Of a stretch of 64,000 nt of DNA, positions 55,806 to 64,000 are shown one piece after another. The translations under genes and the position numbers were made by a program. The first letter of the stretch is position 1. Every line of letters starts with the position of its first letter. Origin of the DNA: Candidatus Eiseniibacteriota bacterium (GTDB taxonomy: Bacteria; Eisenbacteria; RBG-16-71-46; JABDJR01); assembly GCA_963762255.1 (NCBI GenBank), contig CAVXKA010000001.1:864001-928000 (forward strand). Reading direction: 5' to 3'. The notes beneath the pieces were generated by a model that was not told the origin of the DNA, did not search any database, and was given only the letters and a program-made list of their open reading frames with translations.

Positions 55806-56822
55806 ATGAGTCAGCTACGCGCGCGCATTCTGGGTACCGGTTCCTTCGTGCCTCCGCGCACGGTGACCAACGACGAGCTCACCAAGCTCATGGACACCAC
55901 CGACGAGTGGATCGTCCAGCGCACCGGGATCCGCGAGCGGCACTGGGTGGAGGGCTCCACCACGACCTCGGATCTCGGGGTGGAGGCGGCGAACCGAGCG
56001 CTCGCCGCCGCCGGCGTGAAGAAGGAGGAGATCGACATGATCTTCTTCGCCACGCTGAGCCCCGACTACGAATTCCCCGGCACGGCGGTGTTCTTCCAGG
56101 CCAAGATGGGAATTTCGGGCATTCCCGCCATCGACGTGCGCCAGCAGTGCACTGGATTCCTGCACACGATGGCCTTCGCCGATCAGTTCATCCGTACCGG
56201 GTTCGCCCGGAAGGTGCTGGTCGTGGGCGCCGAGATCCACTCCAAGGGGCTCGACGTCTCCACGCGCGGGCGCGATCTGGCCGCTCTGTTCGGCGACGCC
56301 GCCGGCTCCGCGGTGATCGGCGCGACGGAGGTGAACGATCCCCGCCGCGACCCCCACATCTTCTCGACCCACCTGCACATGGACGGCCGGTTCGCCCGGG
56401 AACTCTGGGCCCAGGCGCCGTCCCAGGCCTACGACGGGCCCCGCATCAGCCACGAGATCCTCGACCGCGGCGAACACTTTCCGAAGATGAACGGCCGGAC
56501 GGTGTTCATGCACGCGGTGAAGAAGATGCCGGAAGCGGTGATGGAAGCGCTCGACAAGAACGGCATGACCCTCGACGACGTGGACCTGTTCATCTTCCAC
56601 CAGGCCAACCTGCGGATCAACGAAGCGGTCACGAGAGAGCTGGGCGTCCCACCCGAGAAGGTGTTCAACACCATCCAGCGCTTCGGCAACACCACCGCGG
56701 CGACGATCCCGCTCGGCCTGGACGAGGCGGTCAAGGCCGGTCTGTTGAAACCGGGGATGCTGGTCTCCTTCGCCGCGTTCGGAAGCGGCTTTACTTGGGG
56801 GTCGGCGCTGGTCCGCTGGTAG
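55806..56822 (+). CDS. fabH: 3-oxoacyl-ACP synthase III
   Basis: EWIVQRTGIRER, catalytic QCTGF, FHQAN, GNTTAA, FGSGFTWG. Confidence 0.9.
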   Translation: MSQLRARILGTGSFVPPRTVTNDELTKLMDTTDEWIVQRTGIRERHWVEGSTTTSDLGVEAANRALAAAGVKKEEIDMIFFATLSPDYEFPGTAVFFQAKMGISGIPAIDVRQQCTGFLHTMAFADQFIRTGFARKVLVVGAEIHSKGLDVSTRGRDLAALFGDAAGSAVIGATEVNDPRRDPHIFSTHLHMDGRFARELWAQAPSQAYDGPRISHEILDRGEHFPKMNGRTVFMHAVKKMPEAVMEALDKNGMTLDDVDLFIFHQANLRINEAVTRELGVPPEKVFNTIQRFGNTTAATIPLGLDEAVKAGLLKPGMLVSFAAFGSGFTWGSALVRW

Positions 56823-57219
56823 AGGACTTCCCGTTGGGGTACATGAGCGCGTAGGCGAGCAATCCCAGGCCGACGAACAGAGACGGGAAGGCCCAGATCT
56901 TCAGGAAGATGAGGAATTGCCGGAAGTCCGTGTCCTGCGCTTCGCCCCGGAGCGCAGTGGTCGACACCAGCAACCCGAGTCCGATGCCGGTCCAGACCAG
57001 TCCGTGCACCGCGGTCCCGCGCCCGCGCTTTCCGCGCAGGTCTTCCTGCGAATCGAGCAGTGCCCGCGGGAGTTCGGTTTGTCCCATCTCGATCGCCTTG
57101 AGGCGCTCCTTGTGGAGGGCCTCCCGCTCCTTCACCTTGCGCCAGGCGTTGACGATGATCGCCGCCGTGATCGCGAAGAACAGGCCGAGCATGACGAGAA
57201 CGGGTGCGGCATCATCCAT
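56791..57219 (-). CDS. DUF6249-like membrane protein
   Basis: TM, then HKERLKAIEMG, then GLVWTGIGLG TM and a further TM; divergent from the ECF sigma gene. Confidence 0.7.
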   Translation of the reverse strand: MDDAAPVLVMLGLFFAITAAIIVNAWRKVKEREALHKERLKAIEMGQTELPRALLDSQEDLRGKRGRGTAVHGLVWTGIGLGLLVSTTALRGEAQDTDFRQFLIFLKIWAFPSLFVGLGLLAYALMYPNGKSSTSGPAPTPK

Positions 57220-57295
57220 GGTGTCTTGAACCCCTCTTTCATGAAGGTCCCCGGCTCCGAGGGCGGTCGCCTCGGCGGGTTCCTTGCCAAGCGGA

Positions 57296-57363
57296 TGGAC
57301 ACCGCGGGCGGGAGCCGGGTTGCAGCCGATTCGGTGCAACCGGCGGGGGCCCGGCCGGGTCCA
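57296..57363. promoter_or_regulatory. Back-to-back ECF sigma promoters (TGCAAC-N17-KGTCCA on both strands)
   Basis: Minus strand: TGCAAC(57324-57319)-17 nt-TGTCCA(57301-57296); plus strand: TGCAAC(57335-57340)-17 nt-GGTCCA(57358-57363). Confidence 0.75.
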
Positions 57364-57425
57364 ACCCGATCAGAACTCCGTCCGAGAAGGCCTGCAAGGG
57401 GGGATCGTTGGGGAGCCTGCTCGAA

Positions 57426-57974
57426 GTGGCTGAGGATACGGCGCCTACGCTTCAGGCCCTGCTGGACGCGGGGGATCTGGAGGGCGCCTATGCCCGAGTG
57501 GTCGAGGCCACCCAGGACAGCCTCTACCGCTTCCTTCGCCACATGCTCCGCGATGAGGAAGCGGCTCGGGAGGTGTTCCAGGATACCTACATCCGCGTGT
57601 TTCGGGCGCTGGCGGGATTCCGCGGCGAGGCGAGCCTCACGACCTGGGTGCTCACCATAGGTCGCAACACCGCGCTCAACCGGCACCGCCGGATGAAGAC
57701 GCGGGAGGGGCGCACCGAGTCGCTGGACGACGCGGCGACTGCGGCGCGCGAGCCGTGGATCGCCCCGGAAGAGCCGGCGGGAACCCGTTCCGTGCTGGCC
57801 GCGGTGGATGCGCTGCCGGAGGCCCAGCGCGAGGCCGTGCTGCTATTCTACGGGGACGATCTGCCGATCGCCGAGGTGGCGGCGCTCACCGGTCGCCCGG
57901 TGAACACGATCAAGAGCGATCTCCTGCGGGCGCGCGGGCGGCTGAGGGAGATGCTCGAGGGCGGCCCCCGGTAG
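57426..57974 (+). CDS. ECF sigma-70 factor
   Basis: Region 2 EVFQDTYIRVF..FRGEASLTTWVLTIGRN; region 4 IAEVA..PVNTIKSDLLRAR; start approximate. Confidence 0.88.
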   Translation: MAEDTAPTLQALLDAGDLEGAYARVVEATQDSLYRFLRHMLRDEEAAREVFQDTYIRVFRALAGFRGEASLTTWVLTIGRNTALNRHRRMKTREGRTESLDDAATAAREPWIAPEEPAGTRSVLAAVDALPEAQREAVLLFYGDDLPIAEVAALTGRPVNTIKSDLLRARGRLREMLEGGPR

Positions 57975-57993
57975 GGGCGCGAAGGGAGACGAG

Positions 57994-58422
57994 GTGGACA
58001 CGCAAGAACGCGAGCTGCGCGAAGACCGCATCGGCCGCAGTGTGCGGGCCGCGCTCTCCTCGGAGCGCGCTCCGCAGGCGTGGGCGCGCGAGGCCCTGGC
58101 CGTGACGGCGCGTGGGGGCGCCGCCGCGCGGATCGCTCCTGTGTCGATGCCCCGCGAGGAATCGCGGCTCCTCGTCATCCTGCCCCATATCCTCGGCGTG
58201 GCGCTCTTGCTCGGCCTCGGCCTGTCCACGCTTCTGCGACCCGACATGCTGGCGGCTCTCGACGCACTGATGAAGCCGCTCTTCGCCGGAGAATCGCTGA
58301 GCGCGAAGGACATCGACGTCGCGCGTCTCGTGCCGTGGCTTGCGGTCACGGCCCCGCTCATCGTGCTGGTGCTTCTCGAGGCCACCCGCGGGTTTGCCTT
58401 CGTCCGGCGCTGGTTCTCCTAG
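57994..58422 (+). CDS. Membrane protein, putative anti-sigma factor
   Basis: Directly downstream of the ECF gene; short cytoplasmic N-terminus plus two TM helices. Confidence 0.6.
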   Translation: MDTQERELREDRIGRSVRAALSSERAPQAWAREALAVTARGGAAARIAPVSMPREESRLLVILPHILGVALLLGLGLSTLLRPDMLAALDALMKPLFAGESLSAKDIDVARLVPWLAVTAPLIVLVLLEATRGFAFVRRWFS

Positions 58423-58484
58423 CCGCTGCGCGCGCGCCGGAGAAGACCCCCGTCCGCGCGCCCCCTTGCTACAATGCCCCGGCC

Positions 58485-59681
58485 ATGCCGCGCTTTGCCG
58501 ACATACGGGGCCAGGACGAGGCCCACGCTCTTCTCCGCCTGGCGGTGGCGCGCGCGCGTCTGCCTCACGCGGTGCTCTTCCACGGCACGCGGGGCATCGG
58601 CAAGACCTCGACCGCGTTCGCGCTGGCGCAGTTCCTGAACTGCGAGGCGCCGAGCGAAACCGACTCGTGCGGGACATGCGCGTCCTGCCGGAAGATCGCT
58701 CGCCTCCAGCACCCCGACATCCACTGGGTTTTCCCGATGACGGGGTCGCTCCGAGGCGAACAGCGCGGCGCGCACATTCGTTCCACGATCGAGGCGCGGC
58801 TCGAGCCCGGCATTCACTCGCTCTCGTACAAGGAGAGCGCCTCCATCGCGATCGGCCGCGACCAGGATCTCCGCGCGGGGAGCGTGGGCGAGGTCCGTTT
58901 TCAGGCGGGGATCACCCCGGTCGAGGCGCGGGTCAAGGTGTTCGTGGTTTCGGATGCAGAACGCATGACCGCAGAGGCGGCCAACAGCCTCCTCAAGGTA
59001 CTCGAGGAACCGCCGCCCAATAACTTGATCGTACTCACCGCGCAGCGCCCGAGCGCGCTCTTGAAGACCATCGTCTCGCGATGTCAGTCCGTGAGGTTCC
59101 GCGACCTGCGCGAGGACGAGGTGGCGGCGATGCTCGTCGAGCGTGTTCGCATTCCTGTGCTGGGGCCCGATGGGAAGCCCCCGAAGCCGCCGGAGCCCCC
59201 GGCGCCCCCGTCCCCGGGCCACGCCGCGCTCGCCGCCGCGCTCTCGCGCGGAAGCGCAGCCAACGCCGCGGCGCTTCTGGATGAAGAGACCGACGTGGTG
59301 AGCTTGCGCGACCGCGCCGTGTCGTTCCTGGCGTTTCCACCCGGCGACCCCCGGCTGCACGACGCGGTGGACGCGATCGCGGCCATGGGCGACCGCTCCG
59401 CGGTGGCGCGCTTCCTGGATTTCGGGGCGCTATGGCTCGGCGATCTGCTGCGCGTCGCCACAGGCAGCGGTGTGCCCATCGCCAACCGCGATCGCGAGGA
59501 TGCGGTCCGGCGCGAGGCGGAGGGGATGACGGTGACCGAGATTCGCCGCCGCGCGAGGCTCCTCGACGAGGCGCGCCGCGCGATGGAAGGCAACGTCTAC
59601 ATGCGATTGGTTCTTTACGGCCTCATCGAGGGCCTGCACCGTGCCGAGGGCGCGCCCCGGCGAGAGGCATTGACGCGATGA
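58485..59681 (+). CDS. holB: DNA polymerase III delta-prime subunit
   Basis: HAVLFHGTRGIGK, C..SCGTCASC, HPDI, AANSLLKVLEEPP, TIVSRCQ; TG-C-TACAAT at 58467-58475 upstream. Confidence 0.88.
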   Translation: MPRFADIRGQDEAHALLRLAVARARLPHAVLFHGTRGIGKTSTAFALAQFLNCEAPSETDSCGTCASCRKIARLQHPDIHWVFPMTGSLRGEQRGAHIRSTIEARLEPGIHSLSYKESASIAIGRDQDLRAGSVGEVRFQAGITPVEARVKVFVVSDAERMTAEAANSLLKVLEEPPPNNLIVLTAQRPSALLKTIVSRCQSVRFRDLREDEVAAMLVERVRIPVLGPDGKPPKPPEPPAPPSPGHAALAAALSRGSAANAAALLDEETDVVSLRDRAVSFLAFPPGDPRLHDAVDAIAAMGDRSAVARFLDFGALWLGDLLRVATGSGVPIANRDREDAVRREAEGMTVTEIRRRARLLDEARRAMEGNVYMRLVLYGLIEGLHRAEGAPRREALTR

Positions 59682-61270
59682 CCCCCAAGACCTTTTACAT
59701 CACCTGCGCGATCGACTACGTGAATTCGAACCCGCACCTGGGAACGGCCTACGAGAAGATCGCGGCCGACGCGCTGGCTCGCTATCACCGCCTCGCCGGC
59801 GACGACGTCTACTTCCTCATGGGCACGGATGAGCACAGCCTCAACGTGGAGCGCGCCGCCCGCAAGCAGGGCGTGGAGCCGCTCGCCTACACCGACACCA
59901 TGGCCGCGCGCTTCGAAGAGGTATGGCGGTCGCTGGAACTCTCCTACGACGTGTTCATCCGCACGTCGGAGGCGCGTCACCACCGCTCGGTGCAGGAACT
60001 CTTCCGCCGCATCAACGACCGCGGCGACATCTTCAAGGGGAAGTACGAAGGCTACTACTGCGTCGGTTGTGAAGGGTTCAAACAGGAGAAGGACTTGGTC
60101 GAGGGTCTCTGCCCGGTGCACCGCACCAAGCCCGACTGGATCGAAGAGGAAAACTACTTCTTCCGGCTCTCGCGCTACGCACAGCCGCTTCTCGATCACT
60201 TCAGCGCCCACCCGGACTTCCTGGTGCCTGTGTCGCGCCGCAACGAGATCGTGAAGGTGATCGAGGGGGGCCTCGACGACATCAGCGTGTCGCGCCCCGG
60301 CAGCGGATGGGGGGTGCCGCTCCCGCTCGATCCCACCCAGCGCGTGTACGTCTGGTTCGACGCGCTCATCAACTACATCACCGGGGCCGGGTTCGCGTCG
60401 GACGCTCCCGAAGACCAGGCGCGTTTCGCTCGGTTCTGGCCAGCCGACATCCACGTGATCGGCAAGGACATCACGCGCTTCCATGCCGTGATCTGGCCGG
60501 CCATGCTGATGAGCGCCGGCGTCGCGCTGCCGCGGCAGATCCTCGGCCACGGATGGGTGACCTTCAAGGGCGAGAAGCTCTCGAAATCGCTCGGGAACAT
60601 CGTCGAGCCGCTCTCGGTGACCTCGAAGTTCGGACCGGACCCGCTGCGCTATTACCTGCTCAAGGAAGTGCCGCTCACGCGCGACGGCGATTTCACATGG
60701 GATCTCTTCATCGAACGCTACAACAGCGAACTCGCCAACGATCTCGGAAACCTCGTGAGCCGCACGGTCACGATGGCGGTGAAGTATTTCGACGGCCGTG
60801 TCCCCGCGATGTGCGATCTGGAGAGCGGGGGACCGGACCGGGATCTGCACAGCGCGGCCGAGCGCGCGCTGGCCGAATACAGGCACGCCTTCGACGGGTT
60901 GGCGGTGGACGAGGCGATCGCCGCCGCGTGGTCGCTCGTGCGGCGCGCGAACCAGTACATCGAAGAGACCGCCCCATGGAAGGTGGCGAAGGAGGCGGGC
61001 CCGATCGCGGCGGGCGAACCGCTTTCCGCCGGCGCCGCGCGGTTGGCCACGATCATGAACGCGCTTCTGGAATCGGTGCGGCTCTCGGCGCTCATGCTCA
61101 CGCCGATCCTGCCGGGGAAGTGCGCCGAGATCCGCGCGCGGCTCCAGAGCGGCATGCCCGAGGGTGAGTTGTCGCTCGCGCATGCGCGCTGGGCGCCGGT
61201 GGAGTTCCGGCCGGCGGCGGCGCTGACCAAGCCGGAGCCGCTCTTCCCGCGGATCGAGGCGGAGGCGTAG
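59678..61270 (+). CDS. metG: Methionyl-tRNA synthetase (short form, no C-terminal tRNA-binding domain)
   Basis: YVNSNPHLGT, GTDEH, YVWFDAL.NY, GKDI..FH, KLSKS, LFPRI terminus. Confidence 0.95.
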   Translation: MTPKTFYITCAIDYVNSNPHLGTAYEKIAADALARYHRLAGDDVYFLMGTDEHSLNVERAARKQGVEPLAYTDTMAARFEEVWRSLELSYDVFIRTSEARHHRSVQELFRRINDRGDIFKGKYEGYYCVGCEGFKQEKDLVEGLCPVHRTKPDWIEEENYFFRLSRYAQPLLDHFSAHPDFLVPVSRRNEIVKVIEGGLDDISVSRPGSGWGVPLPLDPTQRVYVWFDALINYITGAGFASDAPEDQARFARFWPADIHVIGKDITRFHAVIWPAMLMSAGVALPRQILGHGWVTFKGEKLSKSLGNIVEPLSVTSKFGPDPLRYYLLKEVPLTRDGDFTWDLFIERYNSELANDLGNLVSRTVTMAVKYFDGRVPAMCDLESGGPDRDLHSAAERALAEYRHAFDGLAVDEAIAAAWSLVRRANQYIEETAPWKVAKEAGPIAAGEPLSAGAARLATIMNALLESVRLSALMLTPILPGKCAEIRARLQSGMPEGELSLAHARWAPVEFRPAAALTKPEPLFPRIEAEA

Positions 61271-61429
61271 CGAGGGATCGGAGCCGGCCGATGGCCCCGT
61301 CCCCGTAGTCGATCCAATAGAAGCCTGCTATACTTCCAATGCTTTGCCCCCCAACCAGTTCGTCGGCGGGGCCCCCTCGTCTCCTCGGAAGCGGCCAGGC
61401 CGGCGGCGGTGCACCAACACGGGAGGGAC

Positions 61430-64000
61430 ATGATGCGTCCCGGTCACCGACTGCGTCTGCTTGTCCTGGCCCTCATTCTCGCCGTCCTGGCGGTCATTGT
61501 TTTCACGAAGACCGCGGGCTCGCGCCCCCTCGCCGGGGAGCTTCCCAAGCCCGTCGACGACGGCGCCGCCCTGGACTGGCGCGAGTTGGGCACGGTCGCC
61601 GGACCCGCGGGGGTCCTGAACGCCGCCGGTCAGGAGACGGTCTGGTTCGGAGGGACGGTGTGGGCCGCCGACTCCGCGCGCTGGGAGGCGATCGAGGACG
61701 GCACCTGGACCTTCGACAGCGGGGTGGGCTCGAACTTCAACCACAGCGCACCCTGGGTGAACCCGTACAAGGACCCATCGCTCCACGCGACCATGGAGGG
61801 TTGGATCGGCATCGACAACACCTACAGCGAGATCCGGTACTTCCGGCGCCTGACGACCGCCGACTTTGCGGGCTCGCCATCGGTGTGCGTGGGCTCGACC
61901 GCGGGCTTGGGCGGTAGCGCGTCACTCTGGTGCGGTGTGTTGCGCACCGAGGCCGACTCGCTCTGCTATGCGGAGCGCATGGGCTACGGCAACAGTTGGT
62001 TCGTGTGCATGGAGCACGCGTTCAGCTACAACGGGTCGGGGACAGTGGCCCTTCAGTACACCTACCGGGTGGATGTGGAGTCCGGTTGGGACTATGTCTA
62101 CATCTATGCAGACACCACCGGCAGCGATGCCGACGTGGACGTGACGCAGTACACGGGCGCGGCTTCGGGGACGGCGAATCTTACGCTCACACCTGGCGCC
62201 ACGATGCGGACTACTCCCGGGCCCTACGCGATCAAGTTCTGCGTGGACTCGGACGGGGCCTACTCGGACGAGGATGGGCTCTACGCGAGCGCGTGCGGAG
62301 CGCTGGCTCTCGATGACATCCACGTGACCGGGGGGGGCACCAACCACACCGCGACCTTCGAGACCGGCAATGACGGCTGGACGCTTTCCCCGGCGCGGCC
62401 GGGACCGGGCGGAGACTGGTCGGACATCATGCACGTGAGCGACCTGCCGCCGACCTCCACGGTCTACGACGGGTGCCGAACCGGGTGCGGGCTGTGGGAC
62501 TCCGTGCTCGTGTTCAACGACCTCTCCGTGGGTGGCGCCGGAGGCCACGGGATCTATCAGGACAACATCGCGATGTCGCCCTGGATCGATCTGCGCGCGG
62601 CGGGGTTGATGGGCAAGCCGATCAAGTTCATCGAGTTCTATACCTATCAGGACCTGCCGCTCCCCAACTACATCTTTCCGCAGACGGTGGCGCAATGGTA
62701 CCCGGAGATCTGTGCGGCTACGGGCAAGGTGGTCACCAGCAGCATCACTTCGGATGGGGGGGTGATCTACTTCTATCCCCCGCCGCCGTGTACCTACCCG
62801 GGATTTCCGCGCCGGACGAATTACGCCAGCGTGATTCCCGCCGATGCCGAACAGGTGCGGATCGGGCTCGGCGTAATCAGCTACTGCCGCTACTACAGCA
62901 ACTGCGCCGGGGTCTCGAACGCGACCCCCTACTTCGACAACGTCCGGTTCGGCGTCGCGGGCTTGGGCGGCGCGCCTGCCCTCTCCGTCCGCACCCTTGA
63001 TGTTCCCCAGGACGCGTTCCCGCAAGATGGCACGCTGGACATGCGCTCTCCGGGCCGCGTGGACTGCAACACCGTGAAGGGCTCGGCCACACCCGAGGCA
63101 TCCACCTCGCTCGGCGACACGCTCACGGTGAACGGCGGATTCGGTGGGGCGGAGGTGCGCGTGGTTTTCGCCGTCTCGCCTGGTCCCGGCATCGATACCC
63201 CGCGTCTGAACGCGTGGCTGAGCAGCCATGCGTACGAAACGACCTGGCAGGGCCTGACCTGGTACTCGGCTCGCATGGACAGCGCAGAAGCAGGCGGCGG
63301 ACCGGTTGCGACCCGGTGGATGACGGCCTACCACGAAACGGATCCGAACTTCATCGGCGCCGACACCGACAGGGACCCCACCGATCTCGACCCGCTTGGA
63401 CAGATGAGCCGGCTCAAGAACGACATCTTCCCCGATGACCTGTTCACTCCCGGCTCCCGGCTCTGTGTGTTCTACAAGACGCGATACCTCACGGGCTCCA
63501 TCTGGTACACCGACCCGGATACCGCCGCCGGCAACTATTACGAGATGGAAGTGCTTCCCTCGTCGATGGCCGCGGACAGCACGTTCAACTGTCTCCTCTA
63601 CGTGGATCACGCCGACGGTCGCGGCGCGCAACCGGTGATCGAGGGGGCCCTGGGACGGCTCCTGCCCGCACGTCCCGGCAACTTCGAGCAGACCGCATGG
63701 GACCGCTGGGACGTGCGCGCGTCGGAGAGCCAGCAGGCCTCGTTCGGACGCCCCGCCAACACGCAGTACGGAGCGACCTCGTTGCAGGCGCTGGGCTACC
63801 GCACGATCCTCTGGGACGCCGGGGATCTCAGCGCGTTCACGCTGGTCGAAGAGGACGCCGCGGTGCTCATCCCCTGGCTCACGCTGAGCGGATCAGGACT
63901 CGGCGTACGCAACCTCTACTTGAGCGGCGACGGGATCGGCGAGAGCGTCACGTACGGAGCGGCGAGCGAGCCCGCGGCGCTGCAGCTCATCAACGAATAC
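61430..64000 (+). CDS. Large exported Cys/Trp/Gly-rich protein, truncated by the window end
   Basis: GGAGG RBS, ATG 61430; I read MMRPGHRLRLLVLALILAVLAVIVF..TVWFGGTVW..GTWTFDSG..LWCG..GYGNSW; absent from the ORF track, consistent with no stop before 64000. Confidence 0.8.
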   Translation, partial: MMRPGHRLRLLVLALILAVLAVIVFTKTAGSRPLAGELPKPVDDGAALDWRELGTVAGPAGVLNAAGQETVWFGGTVWAADSARWEAIEDGTWTFDSGVGSNFNHSAPWVNPYKDPSLHATMEGWIGIDNTYSEIRYFRRLTTADFAGSPSVCVGSTAGLGGSASLWCGVLRTEADSLCYAERMGYGNSWFVCMEHAFSYNGSGTVALQYTYRVDVESGWDYVYIYADTTGSDADVDVTQYTGAASGTANLTLTPGATMRTTPGPYAIKFCVDSDGAYSDEDGLYASACGALALDDIHVTGGGTNHTATFETGNDGWTLSPARPGPGGDWSDIMHVSDLPPTSTVYDGCRTGCGLWDSVLVFNDLSVGGAGGHGIYQDNIAMSPWIDLRAAGLMGKPIKFIEFYTYQDLPLPNYIFPQTVAQWYPEICAATGKVVTSSITSDGGVIYFYPPPPCTYPGFPRRTNYASVIPADAEQVRIGLGVISYCRYYSNCAGVSNATPYFDNVRFGVAGLGGAPALSVRTLDVPQDAFPQDGTLDMRSPGRVDCNTVKGSATPEASTSLGDTLTVNGGFGGAEVRVVFAVSPGPGIDTPRLNAWLSSHAYETTWQGLTWYSARMDSAEAGGGPVATRWMTAYHETDPNFIGADTDRDPTDLDPLGQMSRLKNDIFPDDLFTPGSRLCVFYKTRYLTGSIWYTDPDTAAGNYYEMEVLPSSMAADSTFNCLLYVDHADGRGAQPVIEGALGRLLPARPGNFEQTAWDRWDVRASESQQASFGRPANTQYGATSLQALGYRTILWDAGDLSAFTLVEEDAAVLIPWLTLSGSGLGVRNLYLSGDGIGESVTYGAASEPAALQLINEY

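Noticed and set aside
55806-56822. FabH as starter or release enzyme for the PKS
   Set aside because: It lies 30 kb away in a housekeeping context; nothing in the sequence links them.
61922-63631. 569-aa minus-strand ORF
   Set aside because: Shadow of the large plus-strand exported protein starting at 61430.
1-64000. CRISPR arrays, tRNA/rRNA genes, DGR or retron reverse transcriptase, long tandem repeats
   Set aside because: I recognised no regularly spaced repeats, RNA-gene signatures or RT motifs by eye; short or diverged elements could have been missed without computation.

Overview
GC-rich, gene-dense bacterial chromosomal window from a diderm organism. Secreted proteins with FlgD/T9SS-like C-terminal tags, a PEP-CTERM protein and a very large Cys/Trp-rich exported protein suggest an FCB-related candidate lineage such as Ca. 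Eisenbacteria (inference only). Housekeeping genes include a cysteine desulfurase-like enzyme, pepF, moxR-DUF58, a BatA-domain gene, mfd, surA, cstA, aspA, ftsEX-envC, fabH, an ECF sigma/anti-sigma pair, holB and metG. The most striking feature is a ~20.8 kb block (12.6-33.4 kb) that separates moxR-DUF58 from the BatA/vWA gene usually adjacent to them. It holds a PEP-CTERM protein, two paralogous minor type IV pilin operons each with a large PilX/DUF4900-like protein, a PPTase appended to the first pilin operon, a stand-alone highly reducing PKS (KS-AT-DH-cMT-ER-KR-ACP, no TE) and a divergent ABC + LolA-like + beta-barrel export module. This is a candidate pilus-linked polyketide-lipid surface system. 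Readable regulatory sites include a sigma-54 promoter before pilin operon 2, a perfect Rrf2 operator and back-to-back ECF promoters. Two single-base frameshifts are probably assembly errors. I recognised no rRNA, tRNA, CRISPR array, integrase or transposase. All family assignments come from motif recognition by eye, not database searches.
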